64,000 nucleotides of DNA from Dehalococcoidales bacterium (GCA_002688435.1 NZCW01000043.1:23730-87729); one strand, 5' to 3'. Positions 9,470 to 19,240 are shown, numbered from the stretch's first letter. Notes: generated by a model not told the origin, from the sequence alone. A program made the numbers and translations.

Positions 9470-9627
9470 TTAAATAAAATCGGCCGTGGAGTTATTGAAC
9501 TTAAACTTACTGTGGGTAAATCCTGGGTCATGACCACTGCTGCATGTTTCTCCTTGTGTACATCAATCCCTATCACCAGATACCCCACCGGGACTTGCTT
9601 GAGCTTGTTTGCTGCGCTATTCTTCAT
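9470..9627 (-). mobile_element. IS110-family transposase N-terminal remnant, truncated and frameshifted
   Basis: The reverse strand encodes MKNSAANKLKQVPVGYLVIGIDVHKEKHAAVVMTQDLPTV, and then in another frame KFKFNNSTADFI*. The (V/I)GIDVHK...H and KFxFxN motifs are IS110 DEDD-transposase N-terminal signatures. Only about 55 codons remain. A GAAGGAG SD precedes the ATG at 9627. Confidence 0.65.
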
Positions 9628-9804
9628 TCGATGGCTCCTTCTACTTAAATTTAGTGCTTTTGTTCCTACACCTCTTCATTGTAGCCGGAGCCATCACTAT
9701 TTCTCTTTCTATATACTAAATAAGCTTTTGGTTGATGACCCTATTTTCTTTAGCACCCCGCGTTTCCCTCATACTATATTGAACTTCTGAAGATAGAGTA
9801 ATAT

Positions 9805-10827
9805 CTACCGCCTGGCCAATATATTGGCCAGTTTCCCGGGACTGCATTCTTTGAGGAGAGAAGCGATGTCCATTAAGGATACTGATTCCTTTTCCTCATC
9901 TATGCCATAAAGACTAAATCCATAATTTACCAGTCTATTTAGGTATTCCTCTGGCGACGAATCAAACCGCCTTATTGCCTCAGGTAGGAACTCGGTGATA
10001 ATTATCAAGTCTTTATTTTGGTTAATCATATTTTCCATTCCTTCAAGAACGGCCAGTTCGGCGCCTTCAACGTCTATCTTGACAAAGTCAATTCTACCAT
10101 TGTAATTACTGACGAAGCTGTCCAGGGTTTGTGTTTCAACCTCAATTGTGTCTCTGCCAAAGGTATATGTATCCTCGCCTTGTCTGGCTAAGGAATGGCT
10201 GCCAAGATTAGTTCTGTCTAAAAATAGCATCGCCCTCCCATTTATATTGGAGATGGCTTTTTGTATCGGGGTGACATTGTGATAGCCATTTATAGTTATA
10301 TTCTTTACTAGTAAATCAAAACTATGCGGATCAGGTTCAAAAGCGAAGACCTTTCCCTTCTCACCCGCCAGCCTGGCCATAATCAGCGTGAAATAGCCTA
10401 TGCTGGCTCCGATATCCAGACAGACCATCTCTCTGGTGATGACGCTTTCCACTACCTTGGTCATTTGTTTGTTGTAAATACCTGTGAAGACTAAATCTGG
10501 AGTAAGGTCTCCCATATCCCCGATATCAACACACATCTGGTGCTCTTGCACTGGAACTAAAATGACTCTTTCCTGCGGTATTAAAGCTTGATATAAGAAT
10601 GTATACAACTTCATAACCAGGGGAAATCGGCCCAGTCCTAGCCCTGACTCGGCAAAAAACCTGACGACCTTTACAAAATATGAATACAGCATATCATTCT
10701 TACTCTGGTTGACCACGACATACATGTACCGGTCTATCGCCGTACTCACCACCGCCCTTGCCCCAAGCCGGTAATAATCGGCTAAGTCCGTAGCGCCGCC
10801 GATAAAGCTTGCCGGAAGAGGGTGCAC
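9805..10827 (-). CDS. FkbM-family SAM-dependent methyltransferase
   Basis: 340 aa. The CLDIGASIGYFTL (SAM-binding) and FAFEPDPHSFDLL motifs, plus VKIDVEGAE, are typical of the FkbM domain. Confidence 0.8.
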   Translation of the reverse strand: MHPLPASFIGGATDLADYYRLGARAVVSTAIDRYMYVVVNQSKNDMLYSYFVKVVRFFAESGLGLGRFPLVMKLYTFLYQALIPQERVILVPVQEHQMCVDIGDMGDLTPDLVFTGIYNKQMTKVVESVITREMVCLDIGASIGYFTLIMARLAGEKGKVFAFEPDPHSFDLLVKNITINGYHNVTPIQKAISNINGRAMLFLDRTNLGSHSLARQGEDTYTFGRDTIEVETQTLDSFVSNYNGRIDFVKIDVEGAELAVLEGMENMINQNKDLIIITEFLPEAIRRFDSSPEEYLNRLVNYGFSLYGIDEEKESVSLMDIASLLKECSPGKLANILARR

Positions 10828-11052
10828 GTAATAACCATTTTACCTTCCCCACTTCATAACTTCCCGAAGGCCGGTCACCGCTCCGGAACATAGCGAGACA
10901 AACATCCCTATTTATATCACAACTAGGCACTTTGTGCCACTCCGCCACCAGTTCCCGTGACGGTAACGTGATCCACAGCCCAACCACCATTCTCCCTGCT
11001 CACCTTGCGCCGTCGAGTCCTTTAACCTATAATATAGGCGGAGGAGAACTGG

Positions 11053-11706
11053 ATGTTAGTATTGGGGCACGCCGGAATCACCCTAGGCGCGGCCGTACTG
11101 TTAAGCGGTGCGCTCTCCAGAAACAGCTACTCGATTTACGGGGCAGGGAAGAGACAGGGGCAACCCGGAGCATCGGGCGGACTTTTGCCTTCCCGGGACC
11201 GCACCGCTTTTAACAGCCCATCCTGGACCACCTTCCTGTCACGCTATATGCACCCAAGGCTTCTGCTTATCAGTTCACTTCTCCCGGACATCATTGATAA
11301 ACCGATAGGGGTTTTTTTCTTGCGTGAGACACTCAGCAATGGGCGCATATTTTGCCATACCTTTCTCTTTCTCGTCCTGCTTACCCTGACCGCGATTTAC
11401 CTCTACCGACGTTACGGCGAAACCAGGCTCTTCCCCCTCTCTTTCGGCACCTCCACTCATCTCGTCTTTGACCAGATGTGGCATACTCCCCAGACTCTCT
11501 TCTGGCCCGTTTTAGGCCTCACCTTCGATAAGCTAGAGTTTACCACCTTTACCAGCTGGATATCATATCTTGTCCACAACCTACTGGCATACCCCGATGT
11601 ATTTATTCCAGAGCTGATTGGTGCCGTAATAATCATCGGGTTTACCGGGATACTGGTGCGCAGAAGAAGTGTCCGCACCTTTATCCGCTACGGACAAATC
11701 CGGTAA
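11053..11706 (+). CDS. Membrane-bound metal-dependent hydrolase-like protein (DUF457/YdjM-like)
   Basis: 217 aa. The N-terminus is MLVLGHAGITLGAAVLL and several hydrophobic segments follow. A GGAGGAG SD and a TATAAT (11025-11030) lie upstream. Confidence 0.45.
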   Translation: MLVLGHAGITLGAAVLLSGALSRNSYSIYGAGKRQGQPGASGGLLPSRDRTAFNSPSWTTFLSRYMHPRLLLISSLLPDIIDKPIGVFFLRETLSNGRIFCHTFLFLVLLTLTAIYLYRRYGETRLFPLSFGTSTHLVFDQMWHTPQTLFWPVLGLTFDKLEFTTFTSWISYLVHNLLAYPDVFIPELIGAVIIIGFTGILVRRRSVRTFIRYGQIR

Positions 11707-11795
11707 CAGCTTCTGGTGGCCGGTAAACCCGGGACAATACCGATAGATTGTGCTATTACCCGAGCAGTGCTATACTTTATCACAGGGGCTACTCA

Positions 11796-14228
11796 ATGCG
11801 ACAAAACGCTTTGTTTTCACCGAAGCTCGTGGCTGGCATACTAGTAGCCCTGGCTTTCGGCATCGCCCTGTATTTCCGCATTGCCTTACCCTATGACCGG
11901 GTATTTGTCGACGACCTGATAAAATTCACCTCGTTTGACCCTTACTACCATATGCGCCTGGTGGACAGCCTGGTCCTCAATTTTCCCCACCGCATCCCCT
12001 TTGACCCCTATGCCCATTTCCCTGACGGCGTCCCGGTGACCTGGGCTCCTTTCCTCGACTGGTTGCTGGCCGGCATCATCCTGGTGTTAAGCCTAGGTTC
12101 ACCTACCCAGCACACAATAGATATTATCGGCGTTTATTTCCCGGCAGTTTTAGGCGCACTAACCGTCATCCCGGTCTTCTTCGTCGGTAAAGTACTGTTC
12201 AATCGCTGGGTGGGCGTAATAGCCGCTGGCCTGATTAGCATTGCCCCGGGCGAATTTATGAGCCGGTCAATACTCGGCTTCACCGACCACCATGTCGCCG
12301 AGGTGTTTTTTACCACCGTGATCATGCTGTTCCTCATTCTGGCGGTGAAGAGTGCCCGGCAGAAAAAACTGACTTTCCGCCATCTGAAGCGCCCAGACTG
12401 GACAACTATCGCCAAGCCTCTGGTGTACACCCTACTTACCGGTGTTTTCCTGGGAATCTTTATTCTCACCTGGGTCGGGGCACCACTCTTCGTTTTCATT
12501 ATTTTCGCCTGCTTTCTGGCTCAGTTCACTATTGACCAAAGGAACGGTATCTCCACCGACTACCTGGCTATCGTGGGCATTCCGTCTTTACTAATTGCCA
12601 CGGCAATCAGCCTGCCCCTTGCCACTCCGTTTTTAATCAGCTCCCTGCATTTAGCCATGCTGGCACTAGCTATCCTCGCGCCAGCGGTACTGGCTGGTAT
12701 CTCCCGGCTGCTAACCGTTAGAAGGCTAAAGCCAGTCTATTCGACACGTCTTGTCCTGGCTTACTATACCGGTGACAAAACACGCTACATCCCCACCCCG
12801 GTAAAACTTACTCCCGGGAACACATACCTCCTGACCCTGGTTGGAATCGGTCTGGTGGGACTACTAATTCTTTCCGTTGTCAGTCCCGCCTTCAACACGG
12901 TAGTGAGGGATACACTAGGCAGTATCTTCCTCCCGCACCTGCTCGGAGAAACCGTGCTTGAAATGCAGTCTATCTTTTTCCCCCATGGCAACTTCTCTTT
13001 CCAGGCCGTCTGGGGAAATTTCACCACTGGCTTCTTCCTCAGCCTTATTGCTTTAGGCATATTGATTTACCAAGTGAATAAACACGGTGAAGTTGATAAG
13101 ACACTACTGGTGGTCTGGAGCCTGATTATTCTAGCAGCTACCATAGGGCAACGCCGATTTGCTTATTACATGGCGGTTAATGTGGCCCTGCTCACCGGCT
13201 ACGTGTCATGGCTAATTCTCGAATTCGCTGGTTTCAAGAAACTGGTGGCCAAGTCGGTGGATTCAGAACCAACGGTGAAGAAAAAAGATGGCCAACCGAA
13301 AAAGACCCGGAGGGAAATCGTCCTCCCTACCAGCCCGGTATACATGGCCCTGGGATTACTAGTTGTCTTTTTCATCAGTTTCTTCCCCAATATCGGACCA
13401 GCCAAGAATATGGCCAGCCAGGCCCATTTTACTCCCAGCGATGCCTGGTACGAGTCACTCACCTGGTTAAATGAAAATACGCCGGAACCGTTTGGTGATG
13501 CCGACTTCTACTACGAACTATATGAACCACCCTCTCCGGGAGAAAACTATGACTACCCAGAAAATGCCTATGGCGTCATGGCCTGGTGGGACTATGGCCA
13601 CTGGATTACCCGCATCGGCCGCCGTCCCGTAAATGCCAGTCCGGCTACCTGGGGCAGCTGTGCCACTTTTTTCGGTGCCCGGGATGAAGCTACCGCTAAT
13701 GCAACGATATATGACATGGGGATAAAGTATGTCGTCGTCGACTATGACATAGCCTTCGGCAAATTCCACGCCATCCCCACCCTGCTCAACGAGAACAAAG
13801 ACACCTTTTACGAGTTATGCTACCAGTCTCAAGAAGGTAAGCTCAGACCCATAACCATCTTCCGCCCTAATTATTACCTCTCCCTCCCTATCAGGCTATA
13901 CAATTTCAACGGTCAAGAAGCGGTCGTCTCGGAGCAGGTGACGGTAGTTTCTTGCGAGTGGAAGACAGATCGAGAAGGTGAACTCTATAAGGAAATCACC
14001 AGCGCCCAATTTTTCCCCAGCTACGAAGAAGCGAAAGCCTACGTCGGCGGAGTCCCCACCGACCTCTTAGGACGCTATGAAATAATCGGCACCAACCCAT
14101 ATGTCAGCCCAATACCCTTGAAAGCACTGGAACACTTTAAACTCATTTATCAATCAGCCAGCCAGATAGAGGACCGGCGTATAGGAGGCTGGACTCCAGA
14201 AGTAAAAATCTTTGAGTACGTGAAATGA
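11796..14228 (+). CDS. Oligosaccharyltransferase of the STT3/AglB/PglB superfamily (AglB-like)
   Basis: A polytopic N-terminal domain is followed by a soluble C-terminal domain. The motifs are FDPYYHMR (first external loop), TDHH (12285-12293), WWDYGHW (13584-13598, the family hallmark) and a downstream DIAFGKFHAI (DK/MI-type region). I prefer the ATG at 11796 (MRQNALF...) to the track's TTG at 11748. Confidence 0.85.
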   Translation: MRQNALFSPKLVAGILVALAFGIALYFRIALPYDRVFVDDLIKFTSFDPYYHMRLVDSLVLNFPHRIPFDPYAHFPDGVPVTWAPFLDWLLAGIILVLSLGSPTQHTIDIIGVYFPAVLGALTVIPVFFVGKVLFNRWVGVIAAGLISIAPGEFMSRSILGFTDHHVAEVFFTTVIMLFLILAVKSARQKKLTFRHLKRPDWTTIAKPLVYTLLTGVFLGIFILTWVGAPLFVFIIFACFLAQFTIDQRNGISTDYLAIVGIPSLLIATAISLPLATPFLISSLHLAMLALAILAPAVLAGISRLLTVRRLKPVYSTRLVLAYYTGDKTRYIPTPVKLTPGNTYLLTLVGIGLVGLLILSVVSPAFNTVVRDTLGSIFLPHLLGETVLEMQSIFFPHGNFSFQAVWGNFTTGFFLSLIALGILIYQVNKHGEVDKTLLVVWSLIILAATIGQRRFAYYMAVNVALLTGYVSWLILEFAGFKKLVAKSVDSEPTVKKKDGQPKKTRREIVLPTSPVYMALGLLVVFFISFFPNIGPAKNMASQAHFTPSDAWYESLTWLNENTPEPFGDADFYYELYEPPSPGENYDYPENAYGVMAWWDYGHWITRIGRRPVNASPATWGSCATFFGARDEATANATIYDMGIKYVVVDYDIAFGKFHAIPTLLNENKDTFYELCYQSQEGKLRPITIFRPNYYLSLPIRLYNFNGQEAVVSEQVTVVSCEWKTDREGELYKEITSAQFFPSYEEAKAYVGGVPTDLLGRYEIIGTNPYVSPIPLKALEHFKLIYQSASQIEDRRIGGWTPEVKIFEYVK

Positions 14229-14911
14229 AATGCTTGATACTGGCCGGCGGTTTTGGCACCCGACTCTACCCTCTAACCATTCACCAAGCAAAGGCTTTGC
14301 TAGAATATAAAGGCAAGCCGTTACTGACCCATATCGTGGACAAAGTCCCTCAGGAGATAGACATTCTCATTTCCACCAACCGGAAATTTGAGACCGGTTT
14401 TCGCCGCTGGCAGGAGACGAGAGCCCGACCGGTAGAAATCTGCGTTGAAGATGTCAGGACCGAGGAGGGGAAAAAGGGGGCGGTCGGCTCGCTAAACCTC
14501 TGGATTGAGCAGAAACATATTACGGAAGACCTACTAGTTATCGCCGGTGATAACTATTTTGAATTCGACCTCTTGCAGTTTATGGCTAGTTACGATGGCA
14601 AGAATACACTGGTAGCCATTTATGACATTAGCGATAAAAGTAAAGCCGGCCAGTTTGGCGTCGTTCGGGTGGAGGAGCACCGGATAATTGAGCTGGAAGA
14701 AAAACCCGTCAGGCCCAGGTCCAGTCTCATTGCCACCGCCTGTTATATTTTCCCGCCCAGAATATTCCCCTGGCTCTCTCGTTACTGCGCCGCCGGCGAA
14801 CGGGACAACCTGGGCAACCTCATTACTTATCTTGTAGATACCGATGAAGTTCACGCTTATACTTTCACAGAACAATGGCTTGACATAGGCAGTATCAAGA
14901 ACCTAGCATAA
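14225..14911 (+). CDS. Sugar-1-phosphate nucleotidyltransferase (HddC/RmlA-like small NTP-transferase)
   Basis: 228 aa. It has the LILAGGFGTRLYPLT signature. The start overlaps the AglB stop codon (ATGA), implying translational coupling. Confidence 0.8.
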   Translation: MKCLILAGGFGTRLYPLTIHQAKALLEYKGKPLLTHIVDKVPQEIDILISTNRKFETGFRRWQETRARPVEICVEDVRTEEGKKGAVGSLNLWIEQKHITEDLLVIAGDNYFEFDLLQFMASYDGKNTLVAIYDISDKSKAGQFGVVRVEEHRIIELEEKPVRPRSSLIATACYIFPPRIFPWLSRYCAAGERDNLGNLITYLVDTDEVHAYTFTEQWLDIGSIKNLA

Positions 14912-14969
14912 ACCATAGGAGAAGCTTGGTAATTGACTTACTCATCCAGTAATTTTAAGATAGATAAAG

Positions 14970-16442
14970 ATGCGTAGTAAGGTTATACTCATTAATCCGC
15001 GCTTCACGGAAGAAGTCACTTTATTCAATCTCCCCATAGGTATACTGCACCTTGGCTCCTGGCTTATGAAGAATGGGTATGAAGTGAAGGTGATAGATGC
15101 CTTACACAGTAAGAATCAGAGCGAATTTTCGATGAAGCTATCGCAAGAGTTGGATGACGCTATCTGTGTTGGACTCAGTGTTATTAGTACCCAGATACCC
15201 AGTGCTCTCATGATTACTGGTTCAGTCAAGGCAGTCAATAGAAACATCCCGGTAATTTGGGGGGGAGCTCATCCAACGTTATATCCTGAACAGACAGCGG
15301 CCAGTGAGTTGGTTGACTTTGTTGTTGCTGGAGAAGGAGAACAGCCTCTATTGAAGATACTATCAGCTTTGGGGAGTGGCACCAAAATAGGTAAAATAGT
15401 CCAGAGTGAAGATAGTATTAAGATGGATGAGCTACCCTGGATAAGTCCCGAATTAGTGGGTGATATATCTCCAGATATGACCCTTAAAAAGATCACCGAA
15501 AAAACGATGTATGGATTCCCAATACTTACTGGAATGGGCTGCCCATATCACTGTACATTTTGTATGAATTCCGTCATCGACCAGAAGTATAAAAGAAGAA
15601 GTGCCACCAACATACTGGACAATATCCAGGCACTGGCTAAAAACTATGCTATAGAAAGGATCTGGTTTGTTGACGAAAATTTCTTTGGTGATAAGAGGCG
15701 GGCCAAGGAATTTGTCGATGGCACATTGAATAGAGAGTTAAAATTCAAATGGTTTTCTGGTGGTAGAACCACCTACTTTAGAGATAATTACTTGGGCTCC
15801 GAGGAGTTTCTCAATAAGGTAAAGGAATCAGGATGCCAGGTGATGGGGACTGGTGCGGAGTCAGGCTCTCAGAGAATATTGGACATGGTATGCAAGGGGA
15901 CAAAAGTGTGGGATACCATAAATATGGCCGAAAAGGTTAGCAAATCGGGCATGATAGCTAACTTTTCATTTATGATAGGTCTTCCCACGGAAACAAAAGC
16001 CGAATACAAAATGACCCTCAAACTAATAGACCAGATAGTAAAGATAGATCCACGATTCTACATCTTCGGCCCGCAAATATATCGACCATATCCCGGGTCC
16101 GTACTATATAACGAATGTCTCAAGTATGGCATGAAAAAGCCGGAAACACTAGAGGAATGGGCAGATAGTCCTTACATACATTTCGAATTTTCCAAGAAGA
16201 GTCATTTCAGTAAAGAGCTGTATCCTTGGGTTCTGTATGATAAGGATTTAACGGAAATCGTATTTTATGCCACTCTTATGGGAAAACAACCGGGAAACAA
16301 AATTGTTACCAGTATTTTAAGGGCCATAGGCAGATGGAGATGTCTGAATTTTAATTTTAGATTTCCAATTGAAAAGAAGGTGTATGGTCTGATAAGAGGC
16401 TCATTTATTGAAATACTGCTACGAAGATGGAAGTTTGTCTGA
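14970..16442 (+). CDS. B12-binding-domain radical SAM enzyme (class B rSAM, methyltransferase-like)
   Basis: 490 aa. An N-terminal Rossmann-like B12-binding region is followed by the radical SAM cluster motif CPYHCTFC. Confidence 0.75.
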   Translation: MRSKVILINPRFTEEVTLFNLPIGILHLGSWLMKNGYEVKVIDALHSKNQSEFSMKLSQELDDAICVGLSVISTQIPSALMITGSVKAVNRNIPVIWGGAHPTLYPEQTAASELVDFVVAGEGEQPLLKILSALGSGTKIGKIVQSEDSIKMDELPWISPELVGDISPDMTLKKITEKTMYGFPILTGMGCPYHCTFCMNSVIDQKYKRRSATNILDNIQALAKNYAIERIWFVDENFFGDKRRAKEFVDGTLNRELKFKWFSGGRTTYFRDNYLGSEEFLNKVKESGCQVMGTGAESGSQRILDMVCKGTKVWDTINMAEKVSKSGMIANFSFMIGLPTETKAEYKMTLKLIDQIVKIDPRFYIFGPQIYRPYPGSVLYNECLKYGMKKPETLEEWADSPYIHFEFSKKSHFSKELYPWVLYDKDLTEIVFYATLMGKQPGNKIVTSILRAIGRWRCLNFNFRFPIEKKVYGLIRGSFIEILLRRWKFV

Positions 16443-16540
16443 CGAACCAGAGAATGGCCAAGGAAACTTTGACTGGGTCAATATATGGTCCCAAAGGATA
16501 AATCTAACACTTTCGGATAACACTGATGGCACCAACAGAC

Positions 16541-16575
16541 ATTGACGCACACGGTAATTAAAGGCTAATATAAAC
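16541..16575 (+). promoter_or_regulatory. Candidate promoter (TTGACG, about 18 nt spacer, TAATAT) upstream of the heptose kinase/adenylyltransferase gene
   Basis: The sequence cattgacgcacacggtaattaaaggctaatataaac lies about 40 nt upstream of the ATG at 16611. Confidence 0.3.
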
Positions 16576-16610
16576 TAAAGCCCGGCAACAGACACTAAAC
16601 CAAGGCAGTT

Positions 16611-18146
16611 ATGGAGTCAAGAGGAATTTTAGATAAGATTAAGACCCTGGACGAGTTAGCAGTGGTTATCCAGGCTTTGAAAAAGAAAGGCGAGACCGTG
16701 GTCCACTGCCACGGGGTATTTGATTTGCTTCACCCCGGGCATATCCGGCACTTTGAAGCCGCCAAACGGGAAGGGGATATACTCGTTGTCACCATAACCG
16801 CGGATGAAGATGTAGACAAAGGACCGGGGCGACCAGTCTTCAATCAAAGACTCCGTATGGAGTCTATTGCCTCCCTCCAGTGCGTCGATTATGTCGCCAC
16901 CAACGAGTGGCCCACGGCGGTTAAGACGATTCAGAAGCTCAAGCCGGATATCTATGTAAAAGGAAGTGATTACGCCAATCGAGAAAATGACCTGACCGGC
17001 CAAATTTATCAGGAGGAGGCGGCCATCAAATCCGTCGGGGGAGGGATTCATTTTACAGACGAGCCGGTCTTCAGCTCCACCAAGCTCTTGAACCTCCATT
17101 TTGATGTCTACCCTGAGGAAGCCAGCCGATTCTTGGCCGAATTCCGCGGTAAATACTCGGCCGGGAATATCGTTAAACGACTAAACGACCTCAGCCAGAT
17201 GAAAGTGATGGTCATCGGAGACACCATAATTGACCAGTACTGTTACTGCCATACCTTAGGGAAATCGCTCAAGGACAATATCATTACCACCAGATATCTG
17301 CGGGAGGAAACTTTTGCCGGCGGCGTCCTGGCAGCGGCCAACCACATGGCCGGTTTCTGTCAGGAAGTCCATCTGGTCACCTGCCTAGGGACACAAAATA
17401 GCTACGAGGAATTTATCCGGGCTCACTTAAAGCCCAATATCAAGCCAAAGTTCTTCTGCCGTGACGATGCGCCCACCGTGGTGAAACGCCGCTTCGTAGA
17501 GCCGGACTTTCTTTCCAAGATGTTCGAAATCAGCTACCTTGACGACCACGAACTGGCTCAACCCCTGAACCAGGAGGTTTATGACTATTTAGGAACCAAC
17601 ATCAACGGCCATGACCTAGTCGTGGTAACTGATTTCGGGCATGGATTTATCGGACAAACGATCACCGAGCTGCTGGGTGAGAGAGCCAAATTCCTAGCCG
17701 TTTGTAGCCAGACCAATAGCGCCAATACCGGTTTTAACCTCATCACCAAGTATCCCCGAGCCGATTACGTTTGCCTCGATGAAGCCGAAATACGGCTGGC
17801 TTGTCATGATAAATTCGGCCGGCTCGAGGATTTAATAACGAGGGTAGCCAAAGAGCTTAGCTGCCACCACGTAGCTGTCACCCGCGGCCGTCATGGTTCA
17901 CTGACCTACGCCGCGGATGATGGCTTCTTTGAAATCCCTGCTCTATCAGATGAGGTGATAGACCGGGTTGGCGCCGGCGATGCCTACCTCGCGGTTACGT
18001 CTCCTTGCGTCGCCAATGGCAATCCGATGAATGTAGTTGGCTTTATCGGCAATGCCGTTGGTGCCCTGAAAGTTCGCATTGTTTGTAATCGGGATTCGGT
18101 GGAGCCGGTACCGCTTTTCAAATTTATTTCGGCACTCCTGAAATAA
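16611..18146 (+). CDS. Bifunctional heptose-phosphate nucleotidyltransferase / PfkB sugar kinase (HldE/RfaE-like, with domains in reversed order)
   Basis: 511 aa. The N-terminal roughly 150 aa match RfaE domain II (HCHGVFDLLHPGHIRHF ... KGSDY, HxGH cytidylyltransferase fold). The C-terminal roughly 330 aa are a PfkB-type kinase (DxVGAGDA motif: RVGAGDAYLA). Confidence 0.75.
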   Translation: MESRGILDKIKTLDELAVVIQALKKKGETVVHCHGVFDLLHPGHIRHFEAAKREGDILVVTITADEDVDKGPGRPVFNQRLRMESIASLQCVDYVATNEWPTAVKTIQKLKPDIYVKGSDYANRENDLTGQIYQEEAAIKSVGGGIHFTDEPVFSSTKLLNLHFDVYPEEASRFLAEFRGKYSAGNIVKRLNDLSQMKVMVIGDTIIDQYCYCHTLGKSLKDNIITTRYLREETFAGGVLAAANHMAGFCQEVHLVTCLGTQNSYEEFIRAHLKPNIKPKFFCRDDAPTVVKRRFVEPDFLSKMFEISYLDDHELAQPLNQEVYDYLGTNINGHDLVVVTDFGHGFIGQTITELLGERAKFLAVCSQTNSANTGFNLITKYPRADYVCLDEAEIRLACHDKFGRLEDLITRVAKELSCHHVAVTRGRHGSLTYAADDGFFEIPALSDEVIDRVGAGDAYLAVTSPCVANGNPMNVVGFIGNAVGALKVRIVCNRDSVEPVPLFKFISALLK

Positions 18147-18218
18147 AACAGACCAAGAGCACCTGACCGAATATGGTCCGTTGCTTCCAGAGATCCGTGA
18201 CTAATAGAGGTAACGCTT

Positions 18219-19220
18219 ATGAAAAAAACAACCACGGTATTCATTACCGGCGGCGCCGGCTATGTTGGCTCCATCCTGGTACCCAAGCTCCTGGATAAGG
18301 GATACCGGGTCAAGGTACTTGACCTCTATCTCTATGGCGAAGACGTCCTGGATACAGTCAAAGACCACCCCCACTTGGAGCAAATCAAAGGAGACATCCG
18401 AGACCGGGCTCTTCTGGAAAAAGTGATTCCCGGTACCGACGCCTTATTCCACCTCGCCTGCATCTCTAATGACCCCAGTTTTGAGCTAGACCCTCAGCTG
18501 GGCAAGTCCATCAATTATGACGCCTTTCTCACCCTGGTAGCAGTAGCCAAGCAGTGCCGGGTAAAGCGGTTCATCTACGCCTCCACTTCCAGCGTATATG
18601 GTATTAAAAAAGAGGATGATGTCACCGAAGAGCTACTCCCCGAGCCGCTGACGGACTACTCCAAATACAAGGCCTTGTGCGAAGATGTCCTACTTAAAGA
18701 GCAGTCGCCTGACTTCACCACCGTGGTTATTCGTCCAGCCACAGTCTGCGGTTACTCTCCCCGCTTAAGGCTGGACTTGACGGTAAACATCCTGACCAAT
18801 CTGGCCGTTAATACCGGCCGCATTACCGTATTCGGTGGCCAACAGAAGCGCCCTAATATCCACATCGAAGATATGACGGATTTGTACGTTCAGCTTCTGG
18901 AACTACCCGATGAGAAGATTGCCGGTAAAATATTTAACGTCGGATACGAAAATCACCCGGTTTCCGAAATTGCCGAGATAGTCAAAGGGGTGGTCGGAGA
19001 AGATGGACTGGAAATTATCACCACCCCGAGTAGTGATAACCGCTCTTACCACATTTCCTCGGAAAAAATCGGGCGGGAACTAGGTTTTAAACCAAAGCAC
19101 ACCATTGATGAGGCCGTAAAAGACCTCTGCGACGCCTTTAAAGCTGGCAAGGTTCCCCACCCGCTAGATGACATCCGGTACTACAATATAAAGACCATGT
19201 TGGCCAGGCAGCTCCAGTAA
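18219..19220 (+). CDS. NAD-dependent nucleotide-sugar epimerase/dehydratase (extended SDR)
   Basis: 333 aa. It has GGAGYVGS (GxxGxxG) and YSKYK (YxxxK). Confidence 0.8.
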   Translation: MKKTTTVFITGGAGYVGSILVPKLLDKGYRVKVLDLYLYGEDVLDTVKDHPHLEQIKGDIRDRALLEKVIPGTDALFHLACISNDPSFELDPQLGKSINYDAFLTLVAVAKQCRVKRFIYASTSSVYGIKKEDDVTEELLPEPLTDYSKYKALCEDVLLKEQSPDFTTVVIRPATVCGYSPRLRLDLTVNILTNLAVNTGRITVFGGQQKRPNIHIEDMTDLYVQLLELPDEKIAGKIFNVGYENHPVSEIAEIVKGVVGEDGLEIITTPSSDNRSYHISSEKIGRELGFKPKHTIDEAVKDLCDAFKAGKVPHPLDDIRYYNIKTMLARQLQ

Positions 19221-19240
19221 TATTAAGAGAGGAGAACAGG

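Noticed and set aside
8921-9790. 289-aa + strand ORF spanning gmhB and the spacer
   Set aside because: It lies antisense to a very well-supported gmhB and to the IS110 remnant. It has no recognisable motifs and no SD.
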